64,000 nucleotides of DNA from Nemertoderma westbladi (taxonomy: Eukaryota > Animalia > Xenacoelomorpha), in assembly GCA_032718475.1 (NCBI GenBank), contig JAUCBJ010004675.1:1-64000 (forward strand), in the 5' to 3' direction. Positions 38,910-51,400 of the stretch are shown one piece after another (position 1 is the first letter of the stretch; every line of letters starts with the position of its first letter). The notes under the pieces were generated by a model that saw only the letters and a list, made by a program, of their open reading frames with translations, made no database searches and was not told where the DNA came from. The position numbers were made by a program, and so were the translations under genes.

Positions 38910-38999
38910 CCTCCAGAAGATTTAAATCATCCTCTCGAACTGGTGGTGGCGGTACCCCTCCACTTTGCAATGCCATATCTTCCACTAATTTCTCAGTAT
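38910..38999 (-). CDS. Candidate 90-nt phase-1/1 internal exon
   Basis: TTTTACAG acceptor, G|GTAAG donor, open frame TEKLVEDMALQSGGVPPPPVREDDLNLLE. Confidence 0.45.
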
Positions 39000-39359
39000 C
39001 TGTAAAATATAATAAACCATTAAATATAATTAAATAATTATATATATATATATATTATATATATAACAAGTAGTACTTCTCCAAACTGCAGAAAGGATAC
39101 ACTAAACCGGTCAGTAACGCCTGACTCCCGAACCCCAGTCATGCAGTAATGTTACGGTACTGCCAGACTACCGAACTACAGTAAGTCTACACACAACACA
39201 ATGGCGACGATACAGTACAAAAACCCTTACCAAACTACAGTAAGCCTACACCCCACACAGGGACGACGATACAGTACAAATGCCCATACAGTATAAACCA
39301 CGCTACCATAATACCAAAACACAAGAAATGGTACAGTATAAACTGCTAGTAAACCATAA

Positions 39360-40005
39360 CAACATAAAAGTAAATTATTAACATAAAAGTAAATTATTAA
39401 CCTATTGACGAAATTGCCAAATTACCGAATCATTATCTAATTAAATTCACATTAAACCAAAGCAAATCCAAGTCAAATGGTAACTATTCACTGCTACTAA
39501 ATTACTGTACTGTACATAAAATAAAAGTAAATTATTAACCTATTGACGGAATTGCCAAATTACCGAAACATTATCTAATTAAATTCACATTAAACCAAAG
39601 CAAATCCAAATCCAATTGTAACTATTCACTGTTACTACATTACTGTACTGTACATAAAATCAAAGTAACTTAATAACCTATTGACGGAATTGCCAAATTA
39701 CCGAAACATTATCCATTTCAATTCACATTAACCAAAGCAAATCCAGAATCAAATAGTTAACTATTCACTGTTACTAAATTACTGTATATAAACTTAAACG
39801 TCACCGTTCGGTTACAAATCACCATGTAATATAATAAACGTTACCAACAAAACCAGTTACAAATTACGGAAACCGAAACATTATCTAATTATATTCACAT
39901 TAAACCAAAGCAAATCCGAATCAAATGGTTACTATTCACTGTTACTAAATTACTGTATATAAATTTAAACGTTACCAACCAACCAGTTACAAATTACAGA
40001 AACCT
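39360..40005. repeat. ~138-bp diverged tandem repeats 3' of the Penelope ORF
   Basis: CCTATTGACG at 39401, 39539 and 39677, plus a partial fourth unit. Confidence 0.8.
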
Positions 40006-40050
40006 AAAAATATATAGAGTATAGTTAATACAGCAATATGGTAAATAATT

Positions 40051-41793
40051 TTATTTTACTTGCGCAAAATCATGAGTCGAATTTAAACCTCGTATGTTTG
40101 TCAAAAGAGTACCGATCCAAAAGTTTTCCTGTTTACCCAGCACAACCAAATCCGAACTATCTGTTTTATCAATCAATGTAAAAGTTAAGGTAGAAATATC
40201 AGACCCATGGACATTAATAAAATGACTCCCGATCATACATGTATGCTTTTTGTACTTAATATGTGACTTATAGTTAGATAAACGTGCCTTAAAATTTACA
40301 GAGTAACCAACCCCCTGCAAGTTACAAGCAGAACAGTAAGCCAAATATATTATATTCGGTGATTCACAATCTCTAATCTATGCTTAATAACAAATGTTCG
40401 ACCAGTTACCACCGCCCTAAAAGCTTTGCGAGGTATGAGAAAATTATTACAACAATCACATTTATTTGAACTGCATTTAAAACACCCAAGTGACACACGT
40501 GAGTCCTCTATCGGCCGTGGAACTTTGTAAGGGTTAGAAGGTGCTAAAAGTTCCTTTAGGTTTGGGTTACGTTTATAAGCCACCTGAATAGAGTTAGTAG
40601 GGAAAATGGCCCTAATCTTATCATCCGATTGTAACAAATACCGGTGTTTATTAAAAATCCCCGATATCGCCGGTCCACCCCTGTTAAACTTAGAGACAAA
40701 AACACAAGGTCGAACAGTTGACTCCTTGGTCTTGGGCATCCTCGCCTCCTCCCGCGACATAGATGAGACTGCATTGAAGACTTTAACTACATGTTTCCGT
40801 TCATGGCCACAATTAATTAAATATTGAATATATTCTTTCGACTTATCAGCATAGTCTGACTCAATTGAACAAATACGGCGTAGACAAAGTGCCACGCCCT
40901 TTGGTATTCCCTTTATTTGCCCCGGGGGGTGAGCAGACTGACCCTGTAGATATAGATGACAGTCCGTTGGTTTACTGTAGATGGTGGTATGCAGCACATT
41001 ATCCTTAACAAATATATTTAGATCCAAAAAGTTAATCGATAGACCGCCTATCTCGATAGTAAACTGTAGAGATTGGTTAAATGAATTAAGGAGAGTGTGG
41101 AACTCCCTTAAGCGACCAACCGAACCCCGCCAGATACCAAATACATCATCGCGAAATCTGTACCAACATCGTAACTCGGAAAACGTCTCCTGTGCAAATT
41201 CAACATTTGTGTCTATATCTTCTGCTACAATGTCGGCATATGAACACGCATTTTTGGGCCCCATAGCAGTACCATCCCGTTGTAAAATGAAAGTGTTCTT
41301 ATACTGTGATGCATTATTATTCAAACATATCTGCAAAGCTTCCACAATACATTCAATAGGCAGATCAAATAAATGTTGGAAGTCAGATAACCGTTTTCTA
41401 ACCAATTCCACACCTTCTGAGTTTTTAATTGAAGGAAACATATTAATAATGTCGAAACTTACAAGAATGTCCTCACTAGTTATACCCTCTCTATTCAGGT
41501 TATCCACAATTTCCAACATGTGTGAAGTATCTTTAACTCTGGATTTAATCGAATCGACCACAAGTTTGCAATATGTTTCTACAAATAAAGATAAATTCTC
41601 CGTCGCGCTCCCACATCCGGAAGTGATCATTCGAGCCGGATTGTTGTCCTTGTGAGTTTTAATAAGCGGATAATTTGTACCTGGTTTAGGCGATGTATTT
41701 GACTTAATGTAACTAATCCATTTAGCAGATAAACCTTCATTTCGCCATTTCTCAATCCATTCGTCAATCGTTTTGACTAAATCCAATGTGGGG
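40051..41793 (-). mobile_element. Penelope-like element (RT + Cys-rich linker + GIY-YIG), frameshifted, interrupted at its 5' side
   Basis: KTHK..NP.R.I, SFDIINMFPSI, GTAMG, RFRDD, FLD, YSKPTD, GCFKC...CDCC. A 2-nt insertion at ~40372 separates NIIY...QGVG...ENFW...GLN. Confidence 0.92.
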
Positions 41794-43456
41794 TGTTACG
41801 GTATATGGCGCTGTATCCACATTATTAGTCGTTATACTGTATGCATTATTAGTCGTTATGCAGTATGCAATATTAGTCCGTTATACTGTACGTAATATTA
41901 GTCCGTTGTGCAGCATAATATTTTAGATAAGGCATAATAACGCAATGATATTTAGATAGGAAGTTAAAACGCCCATATATTTTGCATCCATCCATTTTGT
42001 ATAGTATGTAGCCCTACCTACGTAATTTTGTATTAGGATATATGTAGATAGTCCCAGGGTAGCAAGTTTATTCGGACCCTGGATTTTGTGCTTGCTGATA
42101 TTAGCATCAGTAGGGCTATCATATAGGGACGCTGTCCTGGCCATTCAGCGGCCAGGGACGTGAACCATTACCATATAAGGTAATAATTCGAGGTTTGGGC
42201 AAGCGATAGGGCTACAATCCGGCCTCCTTATTGGATTAACTGCTTCCAGGTTGGTTTAATGCTAGCACGGACTGGAGAGCCAATAGGAGAGCGATTGAGT
42301 CACCTTATTGCATCACCCCATCCGGATCACCTATAAATTGGCGGTGTGCCGGTAGAACCTTACTGTTCATGCTGTATACCCTTACTCATCACATGACACA
42401 CCCCTGTTACAATTTACTTGCTGAGCTGTCTCAATTTTGTATTAGGATATCGTATTTTCTGCATTTTGCTAATTTTGATTAATTTCTTGGAATGATTTGC
42501 TAGTGCGATTACTCTTGCTTGTGTTTCTCAATAATTCCTTCGATTACTGCAAATTACAATTGAACTATGATTTCTACCTTTTGATTAATGGTTCTATGTG
42601 ATTCTTTTCTGCGCAATAATCCTAAGGGATTCCTGAGACTGTCAGACTTTATGATTTGCATGCGCCGCTATGGTAGCTATTAGCATAATGGAGGGCTAAG
42701 GTGCCAGTGGGCGGTGGGCGCATCGGGGGGTTGAGCGACTAGGAGAGAGCGGAGGATTCAAAACGGGCAACGCTGGCCAGGGTCACCGTTGCGGGCGGGT
42801 ATCTTGCACTGCGGCACGCAGACCTATCGCTGGTACAGTCACTAGGGGGCTGATGATCCAGGTTTTGTCTCTATTTAGTATTAGGGGGGCAGGAATTGGG
42901 TTAGTTAGGAATCCTAGATGTACCTGGGAGAGGCCTGCGCGTATTACAACGTTGAGTGTGGAGTACGAGTAGTGAATTGCACAATTGTGAACTGTGATTT
43001 CTAACGCTGATTGGTGTGTTATTGAAGTGTGCCTAAGATTACGAATGTTTAGGTAGGCGCTCTTTTCCCTTTGATTGATTTCTATTTCTTAGTTACAATA
43101 ATTGGTTACTGATTAGGTCAAAGTAATACGGCAATTTAGGCTATTACTAGCGAAACCTGTTGCGTGATAAATTAGAATTACGTATTCTGGAACTCTTAGT
43201 AATTAGTACGCTGTTAAATATTTGTGACTGTAATTAATTAGTAAAAATTAAGAATTAGTACGCAGCATAGCGGAGAGTAGCTAAGGTAATAATTAGTGTA
43301 CTGTAAACTATTCACGCTGGGCGGTTATTTGCATTAGCGGGCAATCAGCTAGAACGCACTATTCGGTACGCACGATACGCTAGTAATTTTGCTGGCCTAA
43401 AGCCAGCCGCGGGCAGTTTTAGACCCGGAGTGGTACTATCCACGAGAGACAAATAC

Positions 43457-45379
43457 TAATTGGAGAGATACGCCTATTCCTACTATTGGAAGAGACGGTA
43501 ACAATACCTGCAATATCTTACTGTAAAGTTTGTAAATCAAATCATAAATCCGACCTTCTCACCAAAACAGTAAACTCTAAGTAAGCGAATATATTGCAGT
43601 ATTGATCTCTTATAACCGGTGAGGCAGAAAACAGTCTACGAGCAGACAAACTTCGATAAAACAAAATCCCGCGCAGCGAATCCTAAAATCAGGCCGACTC
43701 ACTGACGGACTAAGGGGCTCGTATACTTTGCCGCGGTGTGATTTATATGGTTGGGCAAAAGGGACGCTAGCTAGGTACAGAGGCAGATATTTGGAGATGT
43801 CTAACTAGCGAGCAAAGTGCAGTAAGGACGAAAGTTAATTTTTATATATTTTGAGGTGTAAATAATTTCTAACGCGCGTGTGTCAATTCTGAACGGTCAA
43901 AAGCAGTTTTGCTCCTTCACATATATAATTACTGGGTACGGTGTGCATTTTACGAATATTCTAATTTTATAACTTGTATGTCCAATACTCACGAATGATA
44001 AGGTTCCTTCCCCTCTTGCGTATTTCCAGGACTCAAATTCAGGCATAAGGTTAATACTACGCCCAGAATTCGGCAATGTTAGGTACCAGGTCCCTGATAC
44101 TAAGAAGAGATGTGTTAGTTTACTACTGTAGGCGTACGGGTACTAATAGCTATCCTGGCTCCTATCTAGAATTTTAGTCACCCAGGTAGTCCGGGTAACT
44201 TCCTATTAGGGCGTTGGCGGGGACACGGTAGATGTTAGTATATCCCTGATAGCCTCAATTTATTTGCGCCTAGTGTAAACTGCCCTACCGCCTGAACGGT
44301 ACAATCCTAATTCAGGTGAAAACACAGCAACCCCCCTAGCCTACAAGTTCTAATGCAATGGACACCGTTGTACGGCAAATAGTCACAGACGCACCTGTAC
44401 TTAGCAAGAGTTAAGCGTACAGTTTGCTGCACCCTAACCATTTGTATGCCTTGTACCGGTGTGCCTACGTCCTATCTGCGTACTAGTATCTGCCTGCGCT
44501 CTCTCCCTCCCCCCGTAGGAATATGAAGGTCTACTGCGGTTTTTCCTGAATCAAGACAGTACAGTCCCTTAGATGTAATTTTAGGCTCACAGCGTGTCAC
44601 TACTTCTACCTTTTGATCTTTTGGTCTTACACTTAGGTAGCAAGGATCGAACGCTGTCTAACCTTTCAGGCGATGGGCGAATAACTCTAGATGGTATTGC
44701 GGGTTGTCTCTCGTCTACATTCCCGTGATGTTCCCATTCATTGCTGCGGCCCGATCTCTAGACTGCCATCCTGTCCCTTAGTTGGGTTCACCGTGGTGAA
44801 TCATAGTAAAACAGATAGGAAAAGCAGATTAGCGATAATTCTGACTTTATTACAGAAGATATAATTATAATACAATGTAATCTGAAAACTAATGACAGAA
44901 TAAACAAATATCAGATAACTGAATAACTGAGAGAGAATAATAACTAATGAACAAATCGCACCTTTTTATAGCAAATTTGTGCCGCAATCAATCGAGAAAA
45001 TTCTCGATTGTTCTATGGGTTCTAACAAGGTTTTAAAGATAGCTATTGGTCCAGCTAATATATAACTTGCACGACATTGGTTACAATCAAATAACTACAG
45101 TCTCATTGGTACAGATAAATGCAATTAATTTGTAGCGGTTAATTTAAATGAGTTGAAATTCTGCACAAAAAATAATTCGCACTTACTAGGATTCGAACTC
45201 AATACCTACTACACATATAATTTCCAACGCTCTACCGACTGAGCTACTGAACCACTTGACCGATGGGTGTACAAATGATAGAACCAATACGAATGAGAAC
45301 TCAAAGCAATCTTTACAAAGTTAATCCGAATAAAATAAAATTTTGAAAATCCACGGCATTTAGGGAATATAATTCTATA
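43457..45379 (-). repeat. BEL 3' LTR
   Basis: Direct repeat of 57976-59898 with about 6 substitutions seen by eye. Short PPT-like GGAGCGG precedes it on the minus strand. TATAAAA at ~44970 and AATAAA at ~44851. Confidence 0.95.
45170..45253 (-). ncRNA. tRNA-derived Pol III cassette in LTR U3 (second copy ~59689-59772)
   Basis: GGTTCAGTAGCTCAGTCGGTAGAGCG (A box), GTTCGAATCC (B box), then a T6 run. No proper anticodon or acceptor stem. Confidence 0.6.
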
Positions 45380-46081
45380 CCGCTCCATGAAAACAGGATA
45401 TTATCGTGCATAAAATATACGGTTTTCACCAATAATCAATCAAACTATAGAACACTTAGGGCGTACTTACATATTTACAATTAAATTTCAAATAATACTT
45501 CCTTTCTACGTAATGATTCGATACAAAATAATTACAAATTCAAACTTTACGTATTTAAGGCTTTACTAAGTAAGTACAATATAAATCTAAATTAAATTCA
45601 CCAATATAAATCTATTGCATCTCAATATTGCATAAATTCAAACAATTACAAATACAAATAAATGAAAAGAGACTTCCATCTACTCTTACTTTCTGTTTCA
45701 CTGTAATACTGCCTATAAAATGTAGATTGCATAATATTCGGAACAATATAAATTGCATAAGTTCGGAATAATATAAATTGCATAAGTTCGGAATAATCAC
45801 AAATATAAAATATAAATTCTTACAAATATAAGTCTTACTAAATATAAGTTTTACTAAATATAAGTTCTTATTTCTAAATTTCATAAATTCGGAACAATAC
45901 AAATTGCATAAGTTCGGAATAAGCACAAATATAAAATATAAGTTTTACTAAATATAAGTTTTACTAAATATAAGTCTTTTCCAGAATACAAAACTTTCTA
46001 AATATAAAACATATAATTCAAAATAAATCACAAATTCACAAGAAAGGCTCACGAGTCTTCCGTCCACCCTTGCCCTCCCTT

Positions 46082-47928
46082 TTATCGCTTAGTTGATCGA
46101 GCCCTGCCGCGTCCTCGAAAACTGCGCACAGGTGACTTTGCTCGCGATATGGGACTCGTGGGGCGAGTCACTGGTTTACCTGGGACGTTGAGAGACGGTG
46201 CGACTATTTCCTCGCAAATTCGTCTATTTGGCATCCCAAAACCTCGACCGATTCCTCGTGACCGATCAGTCGTCACTGCAGTTGGTAGAACGTCTGGGAA
46301 CGCGCGAAAGGCGGACGACGCAGACCCAAGAGTAGCTTGCGCCCCCTGTTGATCAGCTGGTGTATGTCCCGATCCTCCTACTGGTTCTCTAGGAAGCGAT
46401 ACCGTATCCCGAGTAACTCGAATAGTCGGCTCAACTCCCTTGCGTTCTTCTTCATTAATAATTTTCTTTAATTGTTGGCCCACTTTCTGGACCCGTATGA
46501 TCCTACCCTGCCCGTCCTCCCGAGGGTGACGTGCAGACGGCGCAACCGGAGTGGCTGATATATTTGTCGCCTCTAGGACCTCCTCTTCCTCGAATACGCT
46601 CGCTCGTATACGTTTATGGTAAAACGCGGCTCGGTACGCCCATGCGACGGTTAACCAAGCTCCCTTGTTCCGCTTTTCAGTTCGGAAACGATCGAATTCA
46701 CCATACGTAATCCGATTAACGACTTTCTGAAAATTCCACGTGTTTTTGTTATCCGGGTGAATCTGTAACAGATACTCGCGCACCACTCGAAATCCGCTGT
46801 CGTGGGGCAAAATATCGACAACCTCGATAAGTTCGTCATATTGGGGCATAGCGGAGATATATCCTTCCGACATCATCGTCTGGGGATTTACCGCCCAAAA
46901 TCCGAGATTCGCTCTCATCGGAAACCGTCTTCTTTGTGCTGATACATGTTCGTCGGCTAAATCTTCCCACTCATCAAATAACTTCCTCACGAGTTTTACA
47001 GATTCGTGTTCATAAGGTATGTCTCTTAGTTGGCATTCAGATGCTCGATGTCCCTTTATATTGCAATAAGTACATTGAGCCATAAATCTCCAGCAAGTAT
47101 AAAAGGTATGAGACCCTTGATCCCCACACCATCCACAGATTAGCTGAGTCGTAGTAATGTGCTTTCCACTGCACTTTGTCATATGATGTCCAGCGACGCC
47201 ACATTTACTACACATCGTATTGGCAGGGTACCACACTCGTTCGTATATAAGATCTCCAATCGGTCGAGCGCTTCCTCCCATACTATAATCGTAATCATCT
47301 GGGTCTATGGGTTGGTAGGTTTCTGAAGGTTGTATACAAACTATAGCATCTGTTGCTTCAAGTTGTCGAATCTCCGTCTGAGATTTCTTCGGGAGGTTCC
47401 TTTCTATCTCAAGAAGTTCCTCTAAAGGATCGTCGGCGATCGTAGTAGTTACTTCGAATTCATCACCAAGGTGACCGATAGGCGCGCGCGTCTGCCGTGA
47501 TTCATCCGTAATTTCCACGATACGTTCTCCTTCATAGGGTAACAGTGTAAACATAGATGGTCTTTCGATAAGAGATCCCGCACAGCGAAGATACACGTCT
47601 CGAAATATACTAAATCCTGCTCGAGTAAAGGCATTACACTGAGCGTCGGAGTTGTAGAAGGGTTGTCATATTTAGTCTTTGCGAGTTTCGCTGTACTTTC
47701 CGATAATTCCTTTATACCGAATATAGTATAGTCCTTGGCTCCAAATCTTTCGAATGGCGCTGCTGCCTCCTCTTGGATATCATATCCCCATCTCGGCTCT
47801 CCTTGTATCCCTTTCTCCATAATTAGAGGTGTAGTTACATAATCATTACTACTAGAGGGAATACAACAGAGTTTGTGGTTAGTTGTGAGGAGACGTGAGA
47901 GTTTCGTCTGCCTTTTGGGCTTCGACAA
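46082..47928 (-). CDS. Additional BEL 3' ORF(s) with three CCHC-type zinc knuckles
   Basis: The 504-aa ORF has CSKCGVAGHHMTKC, CGWCGDQGSHTFYTC and CTYCNIKGHRASEC. An overlapping 159-aa ORF lies upstream, probably frameshifted. Confidence 0.7.
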
Positions 47929-48481
47929 CGCTCTAACCTCCTACCCATAGCCTAAGATCTAAGGTTTCTTTAATGACACGCTGCTTCTTATCTAAAATTT
48001 TTTGCCGAAATAAAAAACGAATTTGGGCTAAACTGGCCGTGAGTCTAAAATACTCACCTTTTGATCCCAAACTATTATCAGAAAATAAGCAATCAAGAAT
48101 TAGTAATAAATATAGGGGAGTCTATTTTGACGTAACTTATTGAAACAAGACCGTGTAAAATTTAATTAAAATTTTAAGAAAGGCTCGCAAGTCTTCCTCT
48201 CTTGTTTCTCTAATTTTAAGTTCCACCCGACTGTACCCTGAAATCTATTCACTGGAGAAAATTTTAAAAATTTTTCAAATCCAAATGGATTGTCTAAATT
48301 TTCGAGAATGTCTCAATATTGTGAGTTCCAAGTAGAATTCCATTTCTTATACCTACAAATCCCGCTCCTATGTGACACATAAGGGTACTACCCTCAATGT
48401 TCACATATAAAGACAATGGAATTCTACCGCTGTCCTTACTACGGTGTACAGGTACGTGGAAATCTATTTGTAAACTCCTAA

Positions 48482-51400
48482 TTATTTACTAGTATTAGGT
48501 GGAGATTTGTAGTCTCCAGACTCGTTACGAGTCTCTTCAAGGAGTACGAGACGTTGAGTCGGTCTGTCTACTGTACGACCGTCAATTGTCCGTACCGTCA
48601 CAGTTCTTGTCACTCCATCCATAGATGGATGTGTGGCTAAAATTACACCTGTTATCCAGAAGCGTCTTTTTAGATTCACTTCTGCTAACAGCACGTGATC
48701 TCCCGGCTTTAATGCGCGGGTTTTATTGTACCAGTTTGTTCTGGCAGAAATAGAGGGCAAATAATGGTTTTGCCATATTTCCCAGAATTTGTTAGCCAGT
48801 AGTTGCGTGATTTTCCACGCTTTTCTACCGTAGCTGTCGCTTTCTATCGGAATAGAAATCGGCGTCAAAGTGGTCGGTGCCTGCATAAGCAGGTGTGCCG
48901 GTGTCAAAGCGAACTGAGATTGTTTGTCATCGGGTACTAATACTATTGGTCTAGTATTTAGTATTGCCTCGATTTCAACAAACAATGTTGTCAGTTGGTC
49001 GTCTATCAGTATGTGGTTTACTGGAATGACTTTTGCCATGGCTGTCTTGATAGATCTAATCAATCTCTCCCAGACTCCGCCTCTCCAAGGACTATCTGGA
49101 GGATTGAACTTCCAAACAATCTTGTGAGGTTGTAGTTCGTTCGAGATTTGATCGTGATCTAATTTCTTAAAGGCTCTAGCAATCTCATTCCGAGCACCAA
49201 CAAAGTTTGTCCCTTTGTCTGAGTACAAGCATTTTACTAGTCCGCGTCTAGCGATAAATCGCCGCAGTGCTAGTATAAACGCGTTGGTGGAAAGATCCAT
49301 CACACGTTCAATGTGAACTGCCCTACTGGACATACATGTGAAAATCAGTCCCCAGCGTTTTACTAGTATACGTCCACGTTTCGTATGTATGGGACCAAAG
49401 CAATCAATACCAGTCTCTGTAAAAGGTGGTCTGAATGCTTGAAGTCGTGCTTGTGGTAGCTCACTCATTTCTTGGGTACCTATTCTAGAATGTACCTTTT
49501 TACAAATAATACACGTACGTGTCACTGAACTTAACGCTTTACTGGGTCTAATCAATACAAATCTTGTACGTAAGTAGGAAAGACAGTGGTGTCTTCCAGC
49601 GTGTTTCAGATGTAAATGTGCGTCCAGTATCATTGCACGTTGTAGTTCGTGGTGTTGCGGTATCATTATTGGGTACCTAAAGTTTGTGTTAAAGTCAATG
49701 TTTTGAAGCCGAGATTTATGACAAATTAAGCCATTATAAATAATCGGACTCCAACTCAGTATTGATGACGACTTGATTGGTTGACCTTGATTTATAGATG
49801 TGAATTCGCGCGCGAAATATCGCAGTTGGTAATGGCGAATTAATTTAATCTCACACCTGTCAATCTCAGCCAATGTAAGTCGACGTGTAAAGTCACGTTT
49901 GCCTTTAACGTATTGTACAAAACGTACAATCCACGCTAATTTTCGGCAAGCGTTTGTCCAAGAATCTGTTAAGTTTACAATACGGTCGACATAAGTATTT
50001 GTGACGTCATCAGGTAAATCAATGGAGATCTTGGAAGGTTTTGAATTACTAGAAGGGCCCACGGGTCCGCCGGTAAGTATTCCCTTGTTGACTGTTGATC
50101 CGTCCGGGTCTACAAGTAATTTGTCCTTCTTCGTCTTCTTACCTTGATTGTCAGTACTTTGTAAGTCGATCGTTAATGGTGGTTTGAACTCTATGGGGTC
50201 AGCAGGTTTCGGTAAACTTATTTTTCTGCCGACATTAATCCCAGGTTTCACCATAGGTTGCAAGTTTGGTATGTCTCTTGAGCGCAAAGTAACACCTGTA
50301 TTTACATTAGCGTAGGTACTACCCACATCTGTAATACATGAGGTTTCACCGTGCTTATGGTTGCTCAAGTGTGTCGAAATTGGTAGTTTGTCAATACAAG
50401 GCCGCTCCAATAGGGAAACTGCGGCTTTACTGTTAGTCGATACATTACTAATGTCCGGTAGAACATTTTGTGATGTTTCTGACAAAATGTCTAGTCGACT
50501 GTCTAGTAATGTGTCTGGTCTGTTGTTTGTCAATAGAAGGCCGCTCCAATAGAGAAACTGCGGCTTTACTGTTTGTCAGTGTGTTACTAGCGTCTGGTGG
50601 AATGTCTGGTTGACCGTCTAGTAACGTGTCTGGTTGACCGTCTAGTAACGTGTCTGGTTGACCGTCTGGCGATATGTCTGGTGTAGAAAGGCTCGCAAGT
50701 CTTCCTCTCTTGACCTTTGAAGTTATATCTTTCCATTTCGCCTTCGGTTTCTTCTTGAGTTTCGCCGCCGTCGTCTTTTTCTTTGCCTTCCCCTTTTTTG
50801 GTTTCTTGATTTCGGCGTCCTTAGGGATGGTGTTGGAATTGTTGTCGTATAACGGCGGCCAATGTAGTGTTGAACCTTGTAAGAATTGTGGTCCGTGTTG
50901 CCAAAATTCTTTGTTCTCCGGTTTACAGAATTCCTCAGGCATCATTCCTCGCGACGCAATATCAGCTGGGTTTTGTGGTCCGGGACAATGTCGCCAATCC
51001 TCTTTTATCGAACGGTCTAGAATTTCCGCGCGACGGTTAGCTACGAATGTCTTGAATTCGAGTGTGTCGTTGTTTATGTAAAATAAAACCAACGTCGCGT
51101 CAGTCCAATAAAATATCTGTAAACTCGACTGTAGTTCTGTCTGTATGAGGTTCACGATGGTGGTTGACAGGGTTGCGGCTTGTAGCTCAGCTCGTGGTGT
51201 CGTCATATACTTAGTAGGCATGGTCTTAGCCTTAGAAGGAATGAGCGAAACATCGAACTCGTCTGAGTCTACTTGTCTGCGCAAGTACGCTGCCACACCA
51301 AAACCGTTGTCACTGGCGTCAGAAAAACAGTGTAATTCCAAGTTGTCAGGAAATGTACTTTGTAATGGAAAGTAAACCCTGGGTATGAAATAATCCTCTA

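Noticed and set aside
45170-45253. Functional tRNA gene
   Set aside because: Acceptor and anticodon stems do not pair properly; only the A and B boxes are retained.
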